Positions 53,762 through 63,206 of a stretch of 64,000 bases of DNA are shown piece by piece. The stretch comes from an uncultured Candidatus Izemoplasmatales bacterium. GTDB lineage: Bacteria > Bacillota_I > Bacilli_A > Izemoplasmatales > Hujiaoplasmataceae. The translations under genes and the position numbers were made by a program. Position 1 is the first letter of the stretch; each line of letters starts with the position of its first letter. The stretch is taken from positions 27,794 through 91,793 of the forward strand of contig CAZMMT010000001.1 of NCBI GenBank assembly GCA_964567465.1, in the 5' to 3' direction. Below the pieces are notes generated by a model, which saw only the letters and a list, made by a program, of their open reading frames with translations, had not been told where the DNA came from and made no database searches.

Positions 53762-54190
53762 TTAGACCTCTTCATTTAAGTATTTAATAGCATCGATGTA
53801 ACTTTCAAAACCTTTACCGTAAAACTGTTTTTCGCATGCAGCTTTTATAACTGAAACCTTTCGAAAATCTTCGCGATTATAAATGTCTGATAAATGGACT
53901 TCTATACTCTTAATATTAATTGATAATAAACAATCATAAATAGCGTAAGAGTAATGGGTAAAAGCCCCTGGATTTATGATTAAAGCATCAAATTCAAGAT
54001 ATTTATTTTGGATTATATCAATAATTTCACCTTCGTGATTAGACTGATATATTTCAATATAATGATTACTATTTTTAGCATAATCAAACAAATAATTTTT
54101 TAAATCATCATAACTTTTATTACCATAGATTTCAGGTTCTCTTTTTCCTAAGAAATTAAGGTTAGGACCGTTAACGATTAAGATACGCAT
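53762..54190 (-). CDS. aroQ: Type II 3-dehydroquinate dehydratase
   Basis: 142 aa. ILIVNGPNLNFLGKREPEIYG and SNHEGE motifs are present. Confidence 0.95.
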   Translation of the reverse strand: MRILIVNGPNLNFLGKREPEIYGNKSYDDLKNYLFDYAKNSNHYIEIYQSNHEGEIIDIIQNKYLEFDALIINPGAFTHYSYAIYDCLLSINIKSIEVHLSDIYNREDFRKVSVIKAACEKQFYGKGFESYIDAIKYLNEEV

Positions 54191-55421
54191 CGATTTTCTC
54201 CTTTATCTCATTAATATGATACACTGTATCCTTATTAATATCAATTAATATGTCGCAGGCTTTTTTGTACAAAGGAATTCGCTCTTCTGCCAACGTTAAA
54301 ATATCTTCATTTTTCTTAATAAGAGGTCTTCCTCTTATTTTTTTCTCAGCTATTTTTAGAGGATCTTTATTTAAATATATAACGATTCCATTTTGCTTTA
54401 GTTGTTCAATATTCTTCCATACTTTTACTGTTCCGCCACCAGTGGAGACAATATGGTTATGTTTTTTGTATACTAGTTTAACGATTTCGGCTTCAAACAT
54501 TCTAAATTCAGCTTCAGAGTGAGTTTGAAAGAAATCAAAAATACTCATATTTATAATTTTTTCAATCTCGACATCAGTATCATAAAGTTTCTTGTTTAGC
54601 ATACTTTCCAGTAATTTTGAGTATTTACTTTTTCCGCTTAATGGCAAACCAACAAAAACTATATTATAAAGTTTTCTTGCTAGTTTTTTATAAACTTTAT
54701 TGCTCACATTCAAAGGAATATCACAGTTAAAGAATAATTCGTGAGCTTTTTTAGCTTGCATAACTAACATGTATAATCCATTAATAGCTTTTATATTCAA
54801 GTTCTCAGCCGTAAGCAAAAATTTTGTTCTTAAAGGATTATATATTAAGTCAAAGGCTAACTCTAGTTTGGAGAAATAACTTAAATCGAAAAGCAAATTA
54901 TCTTCATTGTTAGGATACATTCCAATAGGAGTTGTATTTATTATTATTTGATAATTAATGTATTTTTCATAGTTATAGATATAATCATCAATTTCAGATT
55001 TTGCGTTTCTACAAAGTCTGACAATATTCTTAGCTTTTAAGTTTTTAAGAGCTAAAACAACAGTGTTTGACACTGAGCCATTACCTAAAATTATAACGTC
55101 TTTGTTTTCGATATTTATATTGTAATATTTTAGAGTTTCAACAAAACCATAGTAATCAGTATTATAACCATATAACTTATTATCTCTAACAACAACCGTA
55201 TTTACAGAATTTGTTTGCAACGAAATTGGGTCTAGCTCATTGATAAATTTAACAATTTCACTTTTATATGGAATAGTGATATTAAAACCGTCTAATTTGT
55301 TTGTTTTAATGAAATTTTCAATATTGTCAATGTTAATAAGCTCATAATCTTTATTTCCAAAAGCTTGATGAATATCTTTTGAAAAACTATGGCTTAATTT
55401 TTTCCCAATTAAGCCGTACAT
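54171..55421 (-). CDS. aroE-aroK: Bifunctional shikimate dehydrogenase / shikimate kinase fusion
   Basis: 416 aa. The N-terminal roughly 250 aa are AroE-like (YGLIGKKLSHSFS, NITIPYK, NTD). The C-terminal roughly 165 aa are AroK-like, with P-loop GLPLSGKS, DTD and GGG. Confidence 0.8.
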   Translation of the reverse strand: MYGLIGKKLSHSFSKDIHQAFGNKDYELINIDNIENFIKTNKLDGFNITIPYKSEIVKFINELDPISLQTNSVNTVVVRDNKLYGYNTDYYGFVETLKYYNINIENKDVIILGNGSVSNTVVLALKNLKAKNIVRLCRNAKSEIDDYIYNYEKYINYQIIINTTPIGMYPNNEDNLLFDLSYFSKLELAFDLIYNPLRTKFLLTAENLNIKAINGLYMLVMQAKKAHELFFNCDIPLNVSNKVYKKLARKLYNIVFVGLPLSGKSKYSKLLESMLNKKLYDTDVEIEKIINMSIFDFFQTHSEAEFRMFEAEIVKLVYKKHNHIVSTGGGTVKVWKNIEQLKQNGIVIYLNKDPLKIAEKKIRGRPLIKKNEDILTLAEERIPLYKKACDILIDINKDTVYHINEIKEKIDAYLNR

Positions 55422-56515
55422 TATTTATACCAACTTTTATTAGAGGTATAGATAAACAAATCCAAGATTGCAAAATTAATTACTGAGTTGATGACTTGTA
55501 AAACTCTAGATACTATTTGCGGATCATGCCTTCCGTTGATTACTAACTCAACATTAGTATGTTTTTCTAAGTCAATAGACATTTGCTTTTTTGATATAGA
55601 TGAAGTTGGCTTAACGGCTAATCTTATTATAAGAGGTTGACCAGTTGATAAACCACCAAGGATTCCACCGTTATTATTAGAAAGAAAAGCAATTTTACCC
55701 TCTTTGTACTCATATTGATCATTTGACTCAGACCCATTCATTCTAGCCAAATTAAAGCCTTCACCAAATTCAATCCCCTTAATTGCTGGAATTGAAAACA
55801 AAAGGTTAGAAAGATAACTTTCTACAGATAAAAATAAAGGTTCTCCTAAACCAATAGGTAAGTTGATAACAGCCGATTCAATTGTACCGCCTAAAGAATC
55901 ACCCACACTCTTGGTTTTTTCAATTAACTCAGTCATTTTTGGCTTAATGTCATTATTTATTAAAGGGAAAAATGATTTATTCAAATCAATTAATAAATCT
56001 TTCTCAATTGCTAAACGATCAAAAGAATTATCATATACATTTTTAATGCTCTCGATATGAGATGCTACATAGATATTCTTTTTCTCTAATATTTGTTGAC
56101 AAATAGATCCTACTATAACCCATAATACCGTCAATCTTCCGGAAAAAATACCTCCACCAGATTTGTCGTTATAATTGTCATATTTAAAATGAGCAGGAAA
56201 GTCGGAATGACCAGGTCTAGGAACATTATCCAATGAATCATAATCACCCTTTTTATAGTCTTTATTAGGAACTAAAAATGTTAAAGCAGCACCAGTTGTA
56301 TAACCATTTTTGAATCCTGATACAATCTCATAATTATCATTTTCAATTCTAGAGGTACTAATTTTACCATCTGGTCTTCTCTTACTTAAGTTAAAATCTA
56401 GCAATTCAAAATCTAATTTGATTCCAGCAGGAATTTGATCTAAAACAACCCCAAGGAATTTGCCATGGGATTCACCAAAAAAAGTTAGTTTTATATTATT
56501 ACCGATATTATTCAT
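55421..56515 (-). CDS. aroC: Chorismate synthase
   Basis: 364 aa. FGESHG, RPGHSD and GRHDP motifs are present. Confidence 0.95.
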   Translation of the reverse strand: MNNIGNNIKLTFFGESHGKFLGVVLDQIPAGIKLDFELLDFNLSKRRPDGKISTSRIENDNYEIVSGFKNGYTTGAALTFLVPNKDYKKGDYDSLDNVPRPGHSDFPAHFKYDNYNDKSGGGIFSGRLTVLWVIVGSICQQILEKKNIYVASHIESIKNVYDNSFDRLAIEKDLLIDLNKSFFPLINNDIKPKMTELIEKTKSVGDSLGGTIESAVINLPIGLGEPLFLSVESYLSNLLFSIPAIKGIEFGEGFNLARMNGSESNDQYEYKEGKIAFLSNNNGGILGGLSTGQPLIIRLAVKPTSSISKKQMSIDLEKHTNVELVINGRHDPQIVSRVLQVINSVINFAILDLFIYTSNKSWYK

Positions 56516-56531
56516 AAAATATCAACTCCGT

Positions 56532-57524
56532 TTACAATTCTTCGATTTGTTTTTTTATTATGTATGCTTCACCAATTTTATCTACTATTACTACAGAAAT
56601 ACCATTAGTTTGAGCTTTTTTATCTAATTTAACAAATTCTATTAAATCATCTTTCGTGGCTTTGTCTTCTGTAGGTAAATTATACTTAGATAATACTGTT
56701 TTTAAATCATTTTCAATATCTTTATCGATCATCAAAAGCATTCCTAAGCCAACAGCTTCGCCATGCAGATATTTATTATATTTGTAAAAAGCTTCATATG
56801 CGTGACCAAATGTGTGGCCAAAATTTAGTAAACGTCTTTCCTTTTCATCAAATTCATCTATTTCAACTAATTCTTGTTTTATAAGTAATGATTGATAAAT
56901 ATAATATCCAATATTCTCCTTAATATCAAGAGTTTTCAAATCATCAAACAGATGTTTAGATTTAATCATTCCATATTTAATCATTTCGGCTACGCCATTA
57001 TTAAAATGTCTTGTTGGTAATGTGTCTAATGTTTTTGGATCAATTAAGACTAAACTAGGGGGATAAATTGATCCAATACAGTTTTTTGCATTTTCAGTAT
57101 TGATGCCAACTTTACCGCCGATAGAAGAATCTATCTGTGATAATAACGTTGTAGGAATTTGAATATATTCGATACCTCTTAAAATTGTAGACGCTAAAAA
57201 ACCTGCAAGATCTCCTGTGACTCCTCCTCCTAAAGCGATAATTATACTATCTTTCTTTATTCCTTTTTCAAGAAGAATTTTTGCCATTCTCTCATATTGA
57301 AAAAAAGATTTAGAGGTTTCTCCTTCAGGGAATTCAATCAAGCAACTATTAGTTAATTTGTTTAGTAATTTATTTGCGAATAATTTAGAAACATTATCAT
57401 CGGAAATAATCACATAATTTTTACTAACATCCAAAAATTTTTCAATATTGTCGAGAAGATAATCTTTGATATAGATATCGTAATTTCTTCTTGTTGATTT
57501 AATAGTTAATTTCAATTTTATCAC
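56532..57524 (-). CDS. aroB: 3-dehydroquinate synthase
   Basis: 330 aa. GGGVTGDLAGF and the metal-binding FGHTFGHA...HGEAV motifs are present. Confidence 0.9.
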   Translation of the reverse strand: MIKLKLTIKSTRRNYDIYIKDYLLDNIEKFLDVSKNYVIISDDNVSKLFANKLLNKLTNSCLIEFPEGETSKSFFQYERMAKILLEKGIKKDSIIIALGGGVTGDLAGFLASTILRGIEYIQIPTTLLSQIDSSIGGKVGINTENAKNCIGSIYPPSLVLIDPKTLDTLPTRHFNNGVAEMIKYGMIKSKHLFDDLKTLDIKENIGYYIYQSLLIKQELVEIDEFDEKERRLLNFGHTFGHAYEAFYKYNKYLHGEAVGLGMLLMIDKDIENDLKTVLSKYNLPTEDKATKDDLIEFVKLDKKAQTNGISVVIVDKIGEAYIIKKQIEEL

Positions 57525-58781
57525 CTATAGATATTCTATTTTAATGCCAAGGGATTGTAAATCATCAAAGAAGTCTGGATATGACTTATTTATAGCCTCT
57601 GCTCTTTCAATGATTATTGGACCCTCAGCCCTTAGTGCAGCAATTGCAATTGACATTGCCATCCTATGGTCATTATAAGAATCTATCGTTCCTTTCTTAA
57701 AGGTTTCTGAAGCGTAAATAATATAGCTGTCTCCAAGAATATTAGTTTTTATCCCCAAAACAGATAGTATTTCATTAGTTGCCAGCAAGCGATCTGTCTC
57801 TTTTATCCTCAATCTATTTGCATTATAAATTAAGGTTTCTCCTTTTGAAACAGCACCTAATATTGATAATATAGGGCCAATATCTGGACATTGACTAACA
57901 TCAATATTAAGTCCAGAAGTTTCTGATTTAACAAACCTAAGAGAGTCTCTCTCCTTTAAGACTTTACCTCCCATTGACTTGATTAATTCAATTATTACAC
58001 TATCCGGTTGTAATGTATTCTTATTAACATTACTGATTTTAATATCGCCATTTATAATTCCAGCTACTGCAAAAAAGGCTAATTGTGAATAATCGGATTC
58101 GACAGAGTAGTTACACGATTTATAAGTTTGATTGCCCTTTATAAAATAAATATTATTTTCTTCAATTATATTAATGCCAAAACTATTTAAAACATCAATT
58201 GTAAGATCAACATATTTTTTAGACTCCAATTTGCCAATAATTTCAACTTTAGAATCCGAATTTTTTAAAGGTAAAGAAAATAATAAACCACTTATAAATT
58301 GAGAACTTACATTCCCAGGCAACTTATATATTCCGGGTTCAATTTCTCCTTTTATAAAAATATTATTTTCGGTTCTTTCAAATTTAATACTCTTACTTAT
58401 AAATATATCTTCATATACTGATAAAGGTCTTTTAAGCAAAGAATGTTTACCTGTAAAACTAATTCCTTTATTGTTGCAAAGAAGAGGTATAAGAAATCTT
58501 ATTGTTGATCCGGATTCTTTGCAATCAATTTCTTCATCTCCAAAAAAGGAAAGTTTTCCATTCCCATAGATATTTAAAGCGTTGTCCATTTTCTCAATTT
58601 TAATTCCAAGTTGTTTAAACGCATTAATTGTAGCTTTTATATCATCTGAGAAGGTTACATTTCTAATAGTAGATTTTCCATCAGCTAAACAAGCGCAAAT
58701 AATTGCGCGGTGAAGGATTGATTTAGATGGCGGAATTTTTACACTTCCTTTTGCAAAACCAGGATAAACTTTTACTTTCAT
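57525..58781 (-). CDS. aroA: 3-phosphoshikimate 1-carboxyvinyltransferase (EPSP synthase)
   Basis: 418 aa. PPSKSILHRA, LKRP and DHRMAMS motifs are present. Confidence 0.95.
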   Translation of the reverse strand: MKVKVYPGFAKGSVKIPPSKSILHRAIICACLADGKSTIRNVTFSDDIKATINAFKQLGIKIEKMDNALNIYGNGKLSFFGDEEIDCKESGSTIRFLIPLLCNNKGISFTGKHSLLKRPLSVYEDIFISKSIKFERTENNIFIKGEIEPGIYKLPGNVSSQFISGLLFSLPLKNSDSKVEIIGKLESKKYVDLTIDVLNSFGINIIEENNIYFIKGNQTYKSCNYSVESDYSQLAFFAVAGIINGDIKISNVNKNTLQPDSVIIELIKSMGGKVLKERDSLRFVKSETSGLNIDVSQCPDIGPILSILGAVSKGETLIYNANRLRIKETDRLLATNEILSVLGIKTNILGDSYIIYASETFKKGTIDSYNDHRMAMSIAIAALRAEGPIIIERAEAINKSYPDFFDDLQSLGIKIEYL

Positions 58782-58784
58782 TGG

Positions 58785-59627
58785 CTACCTAACTTTTTTA
58801 TATTTCTTTTTCAAATTATTGGATTTTTCCAGCAAAATCTTTAATTTATCAGGATCATTGTTTTGAATTTCTTTTTTAAGCAAATTCAATTCTTCAATAA
58901 ATAAATCAAGTCTTTTTATAATATATTTAGAGTTATTTAAAAAGATATCTGTCCATAAAATGCTATTATTTTGGGCTATTCTTGTTAAATCCTTGTAAGA
59001 ATCACCAGCAAAATCAACGATATTAATTTCTTCGTCATAGGAGTTAACCAAAGCCATTGAAATTAAATGAGTTATATGTGAAGTATAAGCTAATAAATCA
59101 TCATGAGTTTCCATTGAAACGCTTGAAATTTTATTGAAACCTATTTCTTCAGCTAGTTTTTTTGCTAAATTAACATTTTCTTTTTTGTTTTTAAAATAAT
59201 CAATAATAATGTAATTACTATTTTCAAAAATTGAACAATCTGAATTATAAACGCCACTTGATTCTTTACCCGCTATTGGGTGAGTGTAGATTATTTCAAT
59301 CTCGGATAAACTTAATTTTTCAATCTCTGATATTAAACTGCTTTTAATCCCTGATACTTCTATGAATATTGTTCCAGGCTGTATTAAGTGACTATTCATT
59401 TTAAAAAAACTTATAATATCATGGGGATACAAACACAAATACATTAATTTATTGTTTTTCAAGAAATCGGTTAGATTTTCAAAACTTTTATCAATGATAT
59501 TTTTATCTAAAGCATACTTTAAAGAGTTTACATCTTTATCGTATGCACTAATTTTGTGATTATTCTTTTTTAATCCTTGAGCAATTGAACCGCCAATTAA
59601 ACCCAAACCGATAATTCCTATTTCCAT
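58785..59627 (-). CDS. tyrA: Prephenate dehydrogenase
   Basis: 280 aa. The N-terminal Rossmann motif IGIIGLGLIGGS and the HPIAG motif are present. It is the first gene of the aro operon. Confidence 0.85.
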   Translation of the reverse strand: MEIGIIGLGLIGGSIAQGLKKNNHKISAYDKDVNSLKYALDKNIIDKSFENLTDFLKNNKLMYLCLYPHDIISFFKMNSHLIQPGTIFIEVSGIKSSLISEIEKLSLSEIEIIYTHPIAGKESSGVYNSDCSIFENSNYIIIDYFKNKKENVNLAKKLAEEIGFNKISSVSMETHDDLLAYTSHITHLISMALVNSYDEEINIVDFAGDSYKDLTRIAQNNSILWTDIFLNNSKYIIKRLDLFIEELNLLKKEIQNNDPDKLKILLEKSNNLKKKYKKVR

Positions 59628-59750
59628 ATAAAACTCCTTTTGTATGAAATAATTTTATCATAATTCACCATAAAAATATTATATTAAAAAAAATCAGGTT
59701 AAAAAAAGGCTTTCATTTGCCTATAATGCTTAAAAAACCATAATATTTTA

Positions 59751-59759
59751 TGTTATAAT
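59751..59759 (+). promoter_or_regulatory. Extended -10 element for the flavin reductase-folD-purB-pspC unit
   Basis: TGTTATAAT, 26 nt upstream of the ATG at 59786. The RBS AGAGGTGA follows. Confidence 0.5.
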
Positions 59760-59785
59760 TAGTATGAATAAAGAGGTGAATTGCT

Positions 59786-60298
59786 ATGTATAAAGAAATT
59801 GGAGTTTTTGAACATGCAAATATAGTTTTAGAAAAGATGACACCTGGAGTATTTTTAAACACCAAGAAAGACAATGTAATTAATACAATGATTATTGGTT
59901 GGGGCGGAATTAATGTTATTTGGGGAAGACCAATATTCATAGTGCTCGTTAGAGATTCTCGAGCTACATATGATTTGATTGAATCAAGTAACGAGTTCAC
60001 AGTAAGTGTTCCTCTAAATGACAACTTAAAAAGAGAAATAGGTATTTGTGGAACAAAATCTTTAAGAGACATGGATAAATTTAAAGAATGCAATTTTACA
60101 CCAGTTAAAGGAAGAAAAATAGATACTCCAATAATAGCTGAGGTGGGATTACATTATGAGTGTAAAGTTATATACAAACAAACTTTAAATCAGGATGTTG
60201 TACCACAAATTGTTAAATCGAGATATTATAATAAAACCGCAAATCACACTGTGTATTATGGCGAAATAGTTGACCAATACATTTATGAAAAGGAGTAA
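59786..60298 (+). CDS. Flavin reductase-like FMN-binding split-barrel protein
   Basis: 170 aa. The pattern VNTMIIGWGG...RPIFIVLVRDSR.TYDLI is typical of the flavin reductase-like domain family. The assignment is to family only. Confidence 0.6.
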   Translation: MYKEIGVFEHANIVLEKMTPGVFLNTKKDNVINTMIIGWGGINVIWGRPIFIVLVRDSRATYDLIESSNEFTVSVPLNDNLKREIGICGTKSLRDMDKFKECNFTPVKGRKIDTPIIAEVGLHYECKVIYKQTLNQDVVPQIVKSRYYNKTANHTVYYGEIVDQYIYEKE

Positions 60299-60301
60299 AC
60301 T

Positions 60302-61159
60302 ATGGATAAAATATTAGATGGTTCAGCTTTAGCAAAGAAAATAAGAGCTAACCTTAAAGTCCAAACAGAAGAATATATAAGTAAATATCAAAAAGTTCCT
60401 CATTTAGCAGTGATTTTGGTAGGTGCTGATCCAGCAAGCGAAACATATGTTAGATTCAAAGAAAAAGCTTGTAATCAAGTTGGAATTAAATCAACAGTAA
60501 TTAACTTACCAGAGGATATTACTGAAGAAAAATTGATTGAAGAAATAGATAAATTGAATAATGATAAGTCAATACACGGTATTTTACTTCAATTACCAAT
60601 CCCTAAACACTTGGATTCAGAAAAAATCATCAATCTTATTAGTCCAAAAAAAGATGTAGATGGATTTGCGAACGAAAATGTAGCTAAACTAAGTAAAAAT
60701 CAAGATGCATTAGTTCCTTGTACTCCCCTTGGAATTATTAGATTGCTTGAAGAGTATAATATTAAAACTCAAGGAGAACACTGTGTTATCCTTGGCAGAA
60801 GTCAAATAGTTGGAAAACCGATGGCACAATTAATGTTACAAAAGAATTCAACGGTCACAATTTGTCATTCAAAAACAAAGAATCTGAAAGAAATAGCTAA
60901 ACAAGCTGATATTTTGATAGCCGCGATTGGAAACGCTCATATGGTTGACGATACTTTTGTTAAAGATGGAGCTGTGGTTATTGATGTTGGGGTCTCAAGG
61001 GTTGATGGCAAGATTTATGGCGATGTTGATTTTGATAAAGTGATTGATAAAGTAAGTTATATTACACCAATGCCAGGTGGAACCGGGCCGATGACGATCG
61101 CTTGTCTATTAGAAAACACTCTAAAATGCTATTTAAATTTGGTAGAAAAAAATGATTGA
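60302..61159 (+). CDS. folD: Bifunctional methylenetetrahydrofolate dehydrogenase/cyclohydrolase
   Basis: 285 aa. ILLQLPIP, VDGF, GRSQIVGKP and PGGTGPMT motifs are present. Confidence 0.95.
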   Translation: MDKILDGSALAKKIRANLKVQTEEYISKYQKVPHLAVILVGADPASETYVRFKEKACNQVGIKSTVINLPEDITEEKLIEEIDKLNNDKSIHGILLQLPIPKHLDSEKIINLISPKKDVDGFANENVAKLSKNQDALVPCTPLGIIRLLEEYNIKTQGEHCVILGRSQIVGKPMAQLMLQKNSTVTICHSKTKNLKEIAKQADILIAAIGNAHMVDDTFVKDGAVVIDVGVSRVDGKIYGDVDFDKVIDKVSYITPMPGGTGPMTIACLLENTLKCYLNLVEKND

Positions 61160-62459
61160 ACGCTATACTAGACCAATAATGAAAAGAATTTGGTCAGAGA
61201 AAAGTAAATTTGATACATTTTTAAAAATTGAAATTCTTAATGCAGAAGCTCTAGAAAAAATAGGATTAGTTAGTTCTCAAGATTTAGAGTTAATTAAGAC
61301 TAAAGCCACCTATAATATCAAAAGAATAAAAGAAATTGAATTAGAAACAAAACATGATGTAATTGCTTTTACAAGAAATGTTTCTGAATCTTTAGGATCA
61401 GAAAAACGATATATTCATTATGGTTTAACTTCTACAGATGTAGTTGATACCGCAAATGGATATATCCTAAAAAAAGCAAACGAAGTTATAAAGAAGGATG
61501 TTTTATCATTTCTTAAAATTCTTAAAAATAAAGCTTTTGAATATAAAAACACATATTGTATTGGTAGAACTCACGGTATCCACGCCGATATTACTGTTTT
61601 TGGCTTAAAATTTGCACTCTGGTATGATGAATTATCTCGTAATTACAAACGTTTCTTAAAAGCGTGCGAAGAAATCGAAGTAGGAAAGATTAGTGGTGCA
61701 GTAGGAAATTACGCTTTTACCGAACTTGAAGTAGAAAAATACATTTGTGAAAAACTAGGGTTAAATACAGTAAATATTTCAACCCAAACACTTCAAAGAG
61801 ACCGACATGCATTTTATCTGAGCACTTTAGTTTTATTAGCTTCTTCTCTAGAAAAAATTGCTTTAGAAATAAGGCATCTTCAAAGAACTGAAGTAAACGA
61901 AGTAAGAGAACCTTTCTCGAAGAATCAAAAAGGATCTTCAGCAATGCCACATAAGAAAAATCCGATAGTAAGTGAGAATATTACCGGATTAACAAGAGTA
62001 CTAAGAGGTTATATGCTATCTGCTTATGAGAATATAGCTCTTTGGCATGAAAGAGACATAAGTCATTCTTCAGTAGAAAGAATTATTTTACCAGATGCAA
62101 CAACTTTAATTGACTATATGTTTAATCGTTATTCTAAAGTAATAGAAAATTTAGTTGTTTATGAAGAAAACATGATAAATAATATCTATAAAACCAATGG
62201 AATAATCTTTTCACAACGAGTTCTGACAAAGTTAATAGATGCTAGTGTTTCTCGAGAAAATGCTTATGATTTAGTTCAAACTTTAGCTAATGAAGCTTAT
62301 GAAAAGGGATTAAATTTTAAAGATTTAGTAAAAAGCAATCAATATATTTGTTCTTTACTCGATGAAAATGCAATTGATGAAATGTTTGACATGAGTTTTT
62401 ATAGCAAAAAAGTAGATTATATTTATAATAATGTATTTAATAATACAAAACGGAATTAG
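61152..62459 (+). CDS. purB: Adenylosuccinate lyase
   Basis: 435 aa. MIERYTRP and the fumarate-lyase signature GSSAMPHKKNP are present. It overlaps folD by 8 nt. Confidence 0.95.
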   Translation: MIERYTRPIMKRIWSEKSKFDTFLKIEILNAEALEKIGLVSSQDLELIKTKATYNIKRIKEIELETKHDVIAFTRNVSESLGSEKRYIHYGLTSTDVVDTANGYILKKANEVIKKDVLSFLKILKNKAFEYKNTYCIGRTHGIHADITVFGLKFALWYDELSRNYKRFLKACEEIEVGKISGAVGNYAFTELEVEKYICEKLGLNTVNISTQTLQRDRHAFYLSTLVLLASSLEKIALEIRHLQRTEVNEVREPFSKNQKGSSAMPHKKNPIVSENITGLTRVLRGYMLSAYENIALWHERDISHSSVERIILPDATTLIDYMFNRYSKVIENLVVYEENMINNIYKTNGIIFSQRVLTKLIDASVSRENAYDLVQTLANEAYEKGLNFKDLVKSNQYICSLLDENAIDEMFDMSFYSKKVDYIYNNVFNNTKRN

Positions 62460-62474
62460 GAGGTAGAAAAATTT

Positions 62475-62738
62475 ATGGAAAAGAAGAGACTTTATCGAGA
62501 TACGGAAAACCAGAAAATTTTTGGAGTTTGTTCTGGATTATCTGATTACTTAGATTTAGATGTAACTCTAATTAGAGTATTATGGCTAGCCGCAGTTTTA
62601 TTAGCAGGTTCTGGCTTGTTATTATATCTAATTTTTGCGATAGTTGTTGAACCAAAAAGTGTTGTTATGGCAAAAATCAAAAAAGAAGAACAAAAAAAAG
62701 ATGACAGTGATGATCCATTTGCAAAATACGATAAATAA
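62475..62738 (+). CDS. PspC-domain membrane protein
   Basis: 87 aa. LYRDTENQKIFGVCSGLSDYLDLDVTLIRVLW is a canonical PspC domain. One TM helix and an acidic tail follow. Confidence 0.85.
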   Translation: MEKKRLYRDTENQKIFGVCSGLSDYLDLDVTLIRVLWLAAVLLAGSGLLLYLIFAIVVEPKSVVMAKIKKEEQKKDDSDDPFAKYDK

Positions 62739-62753
62739 GAGTATGAATAATTT

Positions 62754-62788
62754 AAGACTGAGAATTAGAAAACTTTCAGTCTTTTTTC
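62754..62788 (+). terminator. Rho-independent terminator of the folD-purB-pspC unit
   Basis: AAGACTGA...TCAGTCTT hairpin followed by a T-run. Confidence 0.75.
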
Positions 62789-63062
62789 TTTGAATTCAAA
62801 TAAAATCTTATTTGTGCGGGAATTTTTATTCAACAAAAAAACAACAAACTTCAAAATTTTATTTTATTAATCAGATTAATTCAAAACAAAGCAAATGAAA
62901 ATTTTGGAAATGAATGTGTTTGTTTATCTGAGAAAAAAGTGTAATGGTTTTATTAAATGAAGAAAATGTTAATACTAAACGATTAATATTTATTCCAAAA
63001 AAAGAAATTAAAATATTATAAATAATATAATGAAATAAAAAATTTGAATATTTACTAAAAAT

Positions 63063-63095
63063 AAGTAAGATTGATACTAAATCTTACTTTTTTTA
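63063..63095 (+). terminator. Orphan terminator-like hairpin in the AT-rich spacer
   Basis: AGTAAGAT (63064-63071) pairs with ATCTTACT (63081-63088), followed by TTTTTT. No annotated gene lies upstream of it. Confidence 0.5.
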
Positions 63096-63206
63096 TATGC
63101 TTTTATGAATATTAATTACAAAAGTTTTTTATAGAGTTATTCTTAGGAAAACCATAGTTTTTTAGTAATGGAAAATGTATAATAATATTATAAGGAGGGA
63201 TTGCCT

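Noticed and set aside
59628-59785. T-box riboswitch or aromatic-codon leader peptide upstream of the aro operon. The tiny ORFs MKAFF and MVNYDKIISYKRSFIWK are visible on the minus strand.
   Set aside because: The spacer is only 158 nt. It lacks a T-box sequence (AGGGTGGNACCGCG-like) and lacks alternative terminator and antiterminator hairpins. The mini-ORFs have no RBS. In DNA this AT-rich, codons such as TTT and TAT occur by chance.
59713-60093. 126-aa ORF on the minus strand from the ORF track
   Set aside because: It lies antisense to the flavin reductase-like gene and extends into the tyrA promoter region. It has no RBS, its composition is low-complexity (Ser/Leu/Ile-rich) and it has no recognisable motifs. 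The plus-strand gene has a promoter, an RBS and family motifs.
62895-62960. 21-aa ORF (MKILEMNVFVYLRKKCNGFIK) in the AT-rich spacer
   Set aside because: There is no Shine-Dalgarno sequence upstream, whereas real genes in this window have strong GGAGG-like sites. No promoter is visible and the peptide has no recognisable features.
63100-63206. LexA (Cheo) box upstream of the Y-family polymerase
   Set aside because: I looked for GAAC-N4-GTTC and found none. SOS regulation therefore cannot be claimed from the sequence.
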